A stretch of DNA of 64,000 nucleotides from a virus. The stretch covers positions 24,124 to 88,123 of the IMG/VR virus record IMGVR_UViG_3300042475_005534. The stretch is one strand, 5' to 3'. The notes under the pieces were generated by a model that saw only the letters and a program-made list of their open reading frames with translations, was not told where the DNA came from and made no database searches. Made by a program: the position numbers and the translations under genes. Position 1 is the stretch's first letter; every line of letters starts with the position of its first letter. Positions 56,675 to 64,000 of this stretch are shown here, piece by piece.

Positions 56675-57421
56675 ATGATTTCCCTGCGCCAATACGCCAT
56701 CCATACATCAGAAGAGCCTCATCAGTTGGCCTTCTGGGATGCCTTGGAAGCTCGCCTAACCCCAGAGCAGCGAGCTCTCTATGCCGATGGCGGCGAACTT
56801 CGAGAAGGTGTCTGGAAAAAACCACCACAGGAGCGCCCCGCCGATGAGGTCAGGGCCGAGGTCAACGAGTGGAAGACCAAGGTCAAAGCCCTCAAACTCA
56901 GCCAGCCCGATGCTTTCACCTGTCAGGCGGCTTGTATTGCCATGGCAGTGCGGGATCCCGATATCAGGGACATTCGCCGCCGGCTGACCAGTATCGGCAC
57001 AGCTGGTGATCCGGCAGTCATGGCCCGGGTTATCAAGGGATACGACCATGTCGCCTATACCTACACAAGCAACGCCTCTTTGGACGAGGTTTACCAGTGG
57101 CTGAAAGCAGGAGAGCTGCTGATCACGCATGGTTGGTTCACAGGCTCTGGGCATGTAATTGTGCTTGATGGCCTGATGCGGGACCACAAGAGCGATCGAT
57201 ACCTCATCAACGTGGCGGATCCATGGTCGGAGTTCTTCGCACCGGCCTGGAAGTATCCCGCGTCTGGCGTGAAATTCCATGACGGCTTCTATACGGAGCC
57301 TTGCATTTACGCAGCCTGTGTTGCCGGTGCGAGCGTGAGTGACGCCCGCAATGTTTACCGTTCAGGCAAGGTGGACCGATCCCGTAAGGGGATGTGGGTC
57401 CATCGCATCACAACTCTTTGA
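56675..57421 (+). CDS. C39-like (papain-fold) peptidase, candidate lysin
   Basis: SQ....TC..AC.AM, HG.FT.SGH.IV..G, V.DPW (Cys-His-Asp). Confidence 0.7.
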   Translation: MISLRQYAIHTSEEPHQLAFWDALEARLTPEQRALYADGGELREGVWKKPPQERPADEVRAEVNEWKTKVKALKLSQPDAFTCQAACIAMAVRDPDIRDIRRRLTSIGTAGDPAVMARVIKGYDHVAYTYTSNASLDEVYQWLKAGELLITHGWFTGSGHVIVLDGLMRDHKSDRYLINVADPWSEFFAPAWKYPASGVKFHDGFYTEPCIYAACVAGASVSDARNVYRSGKVDRSRKGMWVHRITTL

Positions 57422-57818
57422 TAACAATCTGCCCAGTGGCAAAGCGATACACGTCACCCGTGGCGACAACAGCTGCGGGCGAGAGTAGGCCGTAGGTAAT
57501 GAAATTACCTCCAGTAGGTGCATCCCAAATACCAAGATGCGTGACGGTCTGAGCCGAAGCGGCTGAACTGGAAGCCGTAACCGTGGCCGTATTGCTGACC
57601 TGGAAACCCCCTCCCGCGCTAACCGCTGGCACACTCAAGCTCGAAGTAGCCAAGGTAGTCCGCCCCCCAGCCAGAGCCGTACTGACATCACTATTGACCC
57701 CGGAGGAGCCGGGATCCGCGGTGTGATGACTGAGGTACACATTGCTCAGTGCCGCTGGAAATGTAGTTCCCCGGAGCCAGTTGAGCTTATTGGTGGCGTG
57801 GTATTGAGAGGATGGCAT
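57408..57818 (-). CDS. phage tail-associated structural protein
   Basis: YL..HTADPG, VTH.GIWDA.TGGN. Confidence 0.7.
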   Translation of the reverse strand: MPSSQYHATNKLNWLRGTTFPAALSNVYLSHHTADPGSSGVNSDVSTALAGGRTTLATSSLSVPAVSAGGGFQVSNTATVTASSSAASAQTVTHLGIWDAPTGGNFITYGLLSPAAVVATGDVYRFATGQIVIKEL

Positions 57819-57856
57819 GAATGGCCTGGCAGTCAACTTATTCTGACAGGTCGAGA

Positions 57857-58654
57857 CTAGCCATAAGGGGAAAGAATTGTTGGTGATGCGGTGATCGTTG
57901 TTTCCCCCTCTATCAAGATGCTGGGCTCCAGGGTTTGAACCGCGCGTGCCGTGAGTTCAGTGCTCATTTCGATAGCCGCGGAACCCGCAGATAGGGCTGC
58001 CCGGGCCAGGACCTGAGACTCCATCTCCAGGACAGCCTCCGACTCGGACAGGGGTATTACGGCAAGCTGAACCCTGTAAGGAAGTTCTGTCCACTGGCTG
58101 CTCGAGACAAGGAACCAATACTTTCCAGGTGGCAGGAGGATCCCGTAGTTTGATGTGAACGGTTCGTCAGCCTCTGCCTCGCTGGCTAGGACAACTGCAG
58201 AGCCGCCATCGCGCAATGCATAGTCATAGGTGGCGTAGCCCCTCTGCCAGTAACCGGCATTGACGTAGCCGAGGTCAACCGAATAGGGAGACTTGAGGAC
58301 TTCCACCGGATAGAGCTCGGAGCCTGCAAATCCGTCATCGCCAAGGGCAATAGGCCCAGCGTTGTTACGCAGGCTGACCATGACGTATTGATCGGTGTAT
58401 TTGTTGATTCGGATACGCCTGAGGCCAATTCGAGAGGGGGCCTCTATGTCAAAGGAAAAGAACAGGGTCTGCGTCCCGCTTTTCGCTCCGACGACACCGC
58501 GAAAGTCGAGCTTGGCATTCGAGATTGGGCCTAGGTCCCTAGAGTCGTGGACAGAATTGTACTTGACGTAGGCCTGGCGATTGAAGTCCGGCCGTGTGCT
58601 GTCACTGCCGCCATAGGTGCGATTAGCAAGGAGGACTGAGTCGGATTGGTCCAC
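57857..58654 (-). CDS. hypothetical structural protein
   Basis: Beta-rich ORF in the tail operon. Confidence 0.55.
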   Translation of the reverse strand: MDQSDSVLLANRTYGGSDSTRPDFNRQAYVKYNSVHDSRDLGPISNAKLDFRGVVGAKSGTQTLFFSFDIEAPSRIGLRRIRINKYTDQYVMVSLRNNAGPIALGDDGFAGSELYPVEVLKSPYSVDLGYVNAGYWQRGYATYDYALRDGGSAVVLASEAEADEPFTSNYGILLPPGKYWFLVSSSQWTELPYRVQLAVIPLSESEAVLEMESQVLARAALSAGSAAIEMSTELTARAVQTLEPSILIEGETTITASPTILSPYG

Positions 58655-58660
58655 AGCGAT

Positions 58661-59086
58661 TCAGAGGGGGTAGGTACCGTCAAGGTGCCCAGCACTAAGG
58701 GCCGAGCGGAACTCAGTCAGCTGATCTGGAGTGAACGAGCCGGCGGATAGGACTGCGCTTATTCCCCTTTGGATGGCAGGCACGTTGGCGCGACCGTTTT
58801 TTGCATCCCCTAGAAGGGCGATGAACTCAGTGGCCAGAGTGTTCAGTGGGAGGCTGGTGAAGGACTGCTCACGGATAGATGCATAGACAGAACTCTCAAT
58901 CAGGGAATCCCAGAACGCCTGGTAATCAGGACCAGGAGGCGGGGAAGGAGCCGGCGGATCCGGGGTGTTGCCCTCGTCCAGCCACTTCTGAAAGGCGATG
59001 TAATCCAAGTTCTGAGAGTCCGAAGGGATGAACGCTCCATCCTCCAGCCTGATAACGGTACTGCCATTGGTGAGTTGGTACGTCAT
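58661..59086 (-). CDS. tail-fibre-associated protein
   Basis: DGAFIP.D..N.DY..F..WL.EGNTP motif, typically found after tail fibre genes. Confidence 0.65.
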   Translation of the reverse strand: MTYQLTNGSTVIRLEDGAFIPSDSQNLDYIAFQKWLDEGNTPDPPAPSPPPGPDYQAFWDSLIESSVYASIREQSFTSLPLNTLATEFIALLGDAKNGRANVPAIQRGISAVLSAGSFTPDQLTEFRSALSAGHLDGTYPL

Positions 59087-59101
59087 TTGAGTCGAAAGCT
59101 T

Positions 59102-62100
59102 TTAGTCAATTAAATTGTTCTCAGCATCGGCAGCGACCTGGAATGCGAGCGCATAGGAGTCGCTTACGCTGTTGATTCCCTGGATGGCATGCCTAGCCCC
59201 AATGGGACTGATGGACTCAATTAGGTTTTGTTGAATATTGGCAGAAAAGCCAACACCTGAAACAAAGCTGCAACTTGGCGCTGCTCTCATGGTTACTGGC
59301 CAGACAATGGGTGTCTCCAACCAGTTCGACCCACCATTGTATCCACGAGTATTAGCAAGAGCAACGCAATAGTATCTTTGGCAAAGCGCGAGCTCCTGCT
59401 GGGCGGGTCTTCGCCAGAACTGAGGGTCGCCAGAGCCCGGCACCACTTGTACTTGTGCAATGTCGTAGAACCCGTTTGTGATCAAACTGTTGTTCATGCT
59501 ATTCATTTGCGCCTGGGTTTGTTCTGTCCCCACAAAGCCAGATGGGCGAGTGGAATAAGCGTTCCCAGACCTCCTCCACATGCCAAGGGACCATGCAAAT
59601 TTTATGTCAACCTGGTACAGCCAATTGCTCAGTGGCTGTAAAGCGGCTTCACCAAGAGGGGTGTAGGCTGGATTGGTCTGCGTTGTAATGACCGCATTTG
59701 GATTGTACGCAGAGGCTACAACCTGCGCATAGGTTGGCATCGTGTATGTATGTGTAAACTTTTGCCAAGATGTCGTAAGATTGAAGGTTTTGCATATCGT
59801 GGGGGTCCAGAAGCGCCCTGCACCAATGGTAAAGATTTGAGATTCAGAAACCACTTGTGTCGCAGCAGAAGCCCTAGCCCAGAAGGATAAGGTCACTGTC
59901 TGACCAAGGATAGACGCCGCGTCCTCAACGTTTTGGAGTGCAAGTAGCCCAAAGCTGTCAGTAGTCAGGCTGTTCAAGCTCGTTGTCCCGGGAGATATGC
60001 TACTTGTTGCAATCCTTTGATAGTAGCTAGCGCTAAAGCTTGCTAATTCAGTTGAAGTGCATGCTTGTCTTGAAACGGTATAGGTGCCCGAGGCGTTATT
60101 AGACGCTGCAAACAGGACAGCGGAAGCCCACCTATCTGCGACCTTTGGAGGACCAGCTGTCACGGCGAGCGACCCCGACGAAGTGCGTCGCTGCCATATG
60201 TCAAAGTTTCCATTGGTGATCAGGTTGCTTGCAGTCGCGACGCCCGGAGCCGACACGCCTACATTCTGTACTGCTGTCAGCCTCCCCTTCGCGTCAACAG
60301 TGAAGGTGGGCACCTGAGACGAACTGCCATAGGTTCCTGACGCCAGGCCTGAGACGGTGGGCAGATCTGCTGTAGCCAGGGTTCTAAAACCTGGCGTTGC
60401 AGCACCACCTGTAACAGGCCCTGCAAAGACGACATTGGCGTTCTGAGTATTCAGAGCCCCGGTCAGAGTCCCAGAACCTGTTACGGGGCTATTCGAGACC
60501 GTAAAGATATTCGGCAGGGACAGTCCAACACTGGTTACTGTTCCGCCACCTCCACCCCCGCCGACTGGAGGTGCTGCCCAGCTTCCATCGGCGCGCAGGA
60601 AATTGGTTGTCCCACCCCCTGAGGCAGGAGCAAACCCGGAGGTCGTGTTGTTAAAAACACTATGGGAATGGGCTGGGATGTCGGCTGCAACAAGTGTCCT
60701 AAAACCTGGCGTTGCCGCATTACCGGCAGTGGGCCCTGCAAAGACGAGATTGGCGTTCTGAGTATTCAGAGCCCCGGTCAGAGTCCCAGAACCTGTTACG
60801 GGGCTATTCGAGACCGTAAAGATATTCGGCAGGGACAGTCCAACACTGGTTACTGTTCCGCCACCTCCACCCCCGCCGACTGGAGGTGCTGCCCAGCTTC
60901 CATCGGCGCGCAGGAAATTGGTTGTCCCACCCCCTGAGGCAGGAGCAAACCCGGAGGTCGTGTTGTTGAAAACACTATGGGAATGGGCTGTAGGTGTCCT
61001 GGCATCAGTCAATCGGGTATCGCTCCCGAGTACGACCTCGGTAGCGGCGGCATTTGTGCTCCCGCCGCCTCCCCCAGTTCCCTGGATGCCGGTCATCTTG
61101 AGCTCAGCAATCTGCATGGATGCTGTGCCGCTGACACGAAGCGTGGGGAATACCACTCGGTATTGCGTCAGTGAAGGCAAATTGCCGGGGAGCGTGATTG
61201 ACGCTGAGTCGGCCTGCCTTGCCGTAGGCAGGCTCAGGGAACCGGAAGTTAACAGCTGCCAGGATCCGCCTTGGAATCCATAAACCTGGTAAGAGGCAGG
61301 GTCTCGATCGGTAGAATCATTTGCTGTTGTAATAACAAATGATGTAAGTTGTGTTGCCGTCCCGTATGAGAACTCCAAGCCGGAGTTAGCTCCCCCAGTG
61401 TTGCGATACTTAGTGTTGATATTGTTATCAAAGGCTTTATCAGCTTCCTCCCCCGCGGATGAACCGCTGCCACCACCGCTGACCACCTGGTAACGGATGA
61501 TGACAATACCGGAACCGCCAGCAGCCCCAGGTCGGCTTTGAGAGCCACCACCACCACCACCGCCAGTATTGGCGGACCCGGCTACAGCATTCGTTGTATT
61601 GCCAGTAGCCCCAGCGCCCCCGCCAGCGGAAGCGCTGCCTCCCCCACCAGGGGACGTGTAGTCGGCACCACCACCACCGCCGCCACGGGCAACGGAAGAG
61701 CCAGTAATAGCCGATGTGATACCAGCGCCGCCGCTCCCGCCCGTCGCCGAGTCACTACTGCCGGTCGCCGCCTGTCCCGCCCCACCTGCGCCGCCACCAC
61801 CGTGTCCAGCCCAGTCACCAGCGTTTCCACTGCCGCCACCGAAGCCCTGCCCGGCCGTCCCCGCACCGGCAGTACTGCCATCGCCCACGGCGCCGCCCCC
61901 CGAGCCCCCATTGGAGGCTGCGACACTCTTTACAGCTCCTCGACCACCTCCGGTGGCGATAATCCCAGAAAATGACGAGTTACCGCCCGATGTGCCCGTG
62001 GGGCCCCCGGCACCCACAACAACTGCGTAAGTCCCCGCTGACAGGCTGAGTCGGCTTTCAGCAGACGATCCCCTCCCGCTGGTTTCGCCGACAACTGAGC

Positions 62101-64000
62101 ATCGGTAACCCCCCGCACCACCACCACCACCACCGGTGGCATCACTACCGGAGCCACCGCCGCCACCACCACCGATGACAAGATATTCGACATTGCTAAT
62201 TGCACTTGTTACGACAAAGTTTCCATCAGCTGTGAATGTGTGAACTCTGTAAGTAACGCCGCCCGGCGTTATTGTGGATTCTGTGCCGCCTGTAGCAACG
62301 CTTCCGCCCGACCCCCCATCGAGGTCGATTCCTGAAACCGAGGCCGGGGCCGGAAGAAGACTAGGAGTGCTGGAACCGCCTCCCCCTGAAGGGACGTTGC
62401 GGGTTGACGCAGTCCCCAGGCCGCTGACGGCGGTATTAGCAATGGAGATAGCCGTATTGCTTATTACAGTGATTCGACCCTTTGCGTCAACAGTCAGCGT
62501 GGGCACGCTTGATGCGCTGCCATAGCCTGCTGCCGTCAGGCCTGAGACATTAGGCAGGTCTCCAGCAGACAAAGCCCTGAAAGTAGGCGCGGCCGCAGTA
62601 GTGCCAGACGATGGACCGGCGAGCACCAGATTGGGATTCTGATTACCGGTAGACAGCGCATCTGTAATCCCGTAACCGGATATAGTCGTCGGAGTGCCGG
62701 TTATTGTGGACCACGCCTGAGTGTGTGCTGATGGTGTACGAGCATCACTCAGTCTGCTGTCGTTACCTTGACAGAAAGAATTCGCAGTGTTTCCAAATGT
62801 ACCTGTAGTTAGCAAGCCACTAGTTGTCGTAATGACTGGCAAGTTGGGATTTGTACCAATCGCTCCACCGTTGGTGATATTGCCGTGGGCGTGTGCCACG
62901 GGTGTACGAGAATCACTGAGTCTGCTGTCGTTACCTTGACAGAAAGAATTCGCAGTGTTTCCAAATGTACCTGTAGTCAGCAAGCCACTAGTTGTCGTAA
63001 TGACTGGCAAGTTGGGATTTGTACCAATCGCTCCACCGTTGGTGATATTGCCGTGGGTGTGTGCCACGGGTGTACGAGAATCACTGAGTCTGCTGTCGTT
63101 ACCTTGACAGAAAGAATTCGCAGTGTTTCCAAATGTACCTGTAGTTAGCAAGCCACTAGTTGTAGTAATGACTGGCAGGTTGGGATTTGTACCAATCGCT
63201 CCACCGTTGGTGATATTGCCGTGGGCGTGAGAACCGCTAGCCGCGTCTGTAATACCGTATCCAGATAAATTCGTCGGAGTGCCGGTTATTGTGGACCACG
63301 CCTGGGTGTGTGCTGATGGTGTACGAGCATCACTCAGTCTGCTGTCGTTACCTTGACAGAAAGAATTTGCAGTGTTTCCAAATGTACCTGTAGTTAACAA
63401 GCCACTAGTTGTCGTAATGACTGGCAAGTTGGGATTTGTACCAATCGCTCCACCGTTGGTGATATTGCCGTGGGCGTGTGCTAATGGTGTACGAGAATCA
63501 CTGAGCCTGCTGTCGTTGCCTTGACAGAAAGAATTCGCAGTGTTTCCAAATGTACCTGTAGTTAGCAAGCCACTGGTTGTCGTAATGACTGGCAAGTTGG
63601 GATTTGCACCAATCGCTCCACCGTTGGTGATATTGCCGTGGGTATGCGCTAATGGTGTACGAGCATCACTCAGTCTGCTGTCTGCACTACTAACAGCATC
63701 TGTAATACCGTATCCAGACAGATTTGTCGGAGTGCCGGTTATTGTGGACCACGCCTGGGTGTGTGCTGATGGTGTACGAGCATCACTCAGTCTGCTGTCG
63801 TTACCTTGACAGAAAGAATTTGCAGTGTTTCCAAATGTACCTGTAGTTAACAAGCCACTAGTTGTCGTAATGACTGGCAAGTTGGGATTTGTACCAATCG
63901 CTCCACCGTTGGTGATATTGCCGTGGGCGTGTGCCACGGGTGTACGAGAATCACTGAGTCTGCTGTCGTTACCTTGACAGAAAGAATTCGCAGTGTTTCC
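59102..64000 (-). CDS. tail fibre protein (5' end outside the window)
   Basis: 56-aa tandem repeats, VDAKGR repeats, Gly-rich domain, discoidin-like domain, NLITNGNFDIWQR...ELALCQRYY C-terminal module. Confidence 0.85.
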   Translation of the reverse strand, partial: GNTANSFCQGNDSRLSDSRTPVAHAHGNITNGGAIGTNPNLPVITTTSGLLTTGTFGNTANSFCQGNDSRLSDARTPSAHTQAWSTITGTPTNLSGYGITDAVSSADSRLSDARTPLAHTHGNITNGGAIGANPNLPVITTTSGLLTTGTFGNTANSFCQGNDSRLSDSRTPLAHAHGNITNGGAIGTNPNLPVITTTSGLLTTGTFGNTANSFCQGNDSRLSDARTPSAHTQAWSTITGTPTNLSGYGITDAASGSHAHGNITNGGAIGTNPNLPVITTTSGLLTTGTFGNTANSFCQGNDSRLSDSRTPVAHTHGNITNGGAIGTNPNLPVITTTSGLLTTGTFGNTANSFCQGNDSRLSDSRTPVAHAHGNITNGGAIGTNPNLPVITTTSGLLTTGTFGNTANSFCQGNDSRLSDARTPSAHTQAWSTITGTPTTISGYGITDALSTGNQNPNLVLAGPSSGTTAAAPTFRALSAGDLPNVSGLTAAGYGSASSVPTLTVDAKGRITVISNTAISIANTAVSGLGTASTRNVPSGGGGSSTPSLLPAPASVSGIDLDGGSGGSVATGGTESTITPGGVTYRVHTFTADGNFVVTSAISNVEYLVIGGGGGGGSGSDATGGGGGGAGGYRCSVVGETSGRGSSAESRLSLSAGTYAVVVGAGGPTGTSGGNSSFSGIIATGGGRGAVKSVAASNGGSGGGAVGDGSTAGAGTAGQGFGGGSGNAGDWAGHGGGGAGGAGQAATGSSDSATGGSGGAGITSAITGSSVARGGGGGGADYTSPGGGGSASAGGGAGATGNTTNAVAGSANTGGGGGGGSQSRPGAAGGSGIVIIRYQVVSGGGSGSSAGEEADKAFDNNINTKYRNTGGANSGLEFSYGTATQLTSFVITTANDSTDRDPASYQVYGFQGGSWQLLTSGSLSLPTARQADSASITLPGNLPSLTQYRVVFPTLRVSGTASMQIAELKMTGIQGTGGGGGSTNAAATEVVLGSDTRLTDARTPTAHSHSVFNNTTSGFAPASGGGTTNFLRADGSWAAPPVGGGGGGGTVTSVGLSLPNIFTVSNSPVTGSGTLTGALNTQNANLVFAGPTAGNAATPGFRTLVAADIPAHSHSVFNNTTSGFAPASGGGTTNFLRADGSWAAPPVGGGGGGGTVTSVGLSLPNIFTVSNSPVTGSGTLTGALNTQNANVVFAGPVTGGAATPGFRTLATADLPTVSGLASGTYGSSSQVPTFTVDAKGRLTAVQNVGVSAPGVATASNLITNGNFDIWQRRTSSGSLAVTAGPPKVADRWASAVLFAASNNASGTYTVSRQACTSTELASFSASYYQRIATSSISPGTTSLNSLTTDSFGLLALQNVEDAASILGQTVTLSFWARASAATQVVSESQIFTIGAGRFWTPTICKTFNLTTSWQKFTHTYTMPTYAQVVASAYNPNAVITTQTNPAYTPLGEAALQPLSNWLYQVDIKFAWSLGMWRRSGNAYSTRPSGFVGTEQTQAQMNSMNNSLITNGFYDIAQVQVVPGSGDPQFWRRPAQQELALCQRYYCVALANTRGYNGGSNWLETPIVWPVTMRAAPSCSFVSGVGFSANIQQNLIESISPIGARHAIQGINSVSDSYALAFQVAADAENNLID
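60384..60990. repeat. 315-bp-period tandem duplication inside the tail fibre gene
   Basis: 60384-60675 nearly identical to 60699-60990. Confidence 0.85.
62690..64000. repeat. 168-bp (56-aa) near-identical repeats in the tail fibre gene
   Basis: Six full HGNITNGG...DSRLSD.RTP units, a partial one at the window edge, and three HTQAWSTITGTP spacers. Confidence 0.9.

Noticed and set aside
1-64000. tRNA/rRNA genes, integrase, major capsid protein, photosynthesis genes
   Set aside because: No recognisable motifs by eye; they may lie outside the window. tRNAscan and HMM searches would be needed to exclude them.
1-64000. Assignment to a named phage (e.g. S-EIV1-like group)
   Set aside because: Gene content is reminiscent from memory but cannot be verified without alignment.

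Overview
This is a 64-kb, high-GC segment of a tailed dsDNA phage that probably infects picocyanobacteria (Cyanobium/Synechococcus). The host call rests on a DUF3288-like gene and typical cyanophage gene families. Layout: (i) 0.1-23 kb holds replication and nucleotide genes (dNMP kinase, primase-VirE helicase, HTH regulator, intein-containing dCTP deaminase, PD-(D/E)XK exonuclease, SSBs), plus a subtilisin protease, a glycosyltransferase and a GP88-like gene. (ii) 23-39 kb is a leftward early/accessory region of small genes, punctuated by 10 copies of a conserved hairpin element. It also contains a locus (33.3-35.6 kb) of nine tandem DGR-type variable-repeat units around a truncated or circularly permuted FGE/C-type-lectin gene, with no RT or template repeat in the window. 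(iii) About 39.1-39.6 kb is a low-complexity strand-switch region and a possible genome end or pac region. (iv) 40-57 kb is a rightward virion block (Gly/Ala-rich internal proteins, an 11-aa-repeat protein, terminase, portal, scaffold-like protein, C39 peptidase). (v) 57-64 kb holds leftward tail genes, ending in a large repetitive tail fibre cut by the window edge. I saw no capsid, integrase, tRNA, rRNA or CRISPR array. All product calls come from motif recognition by eye, not from database searches.
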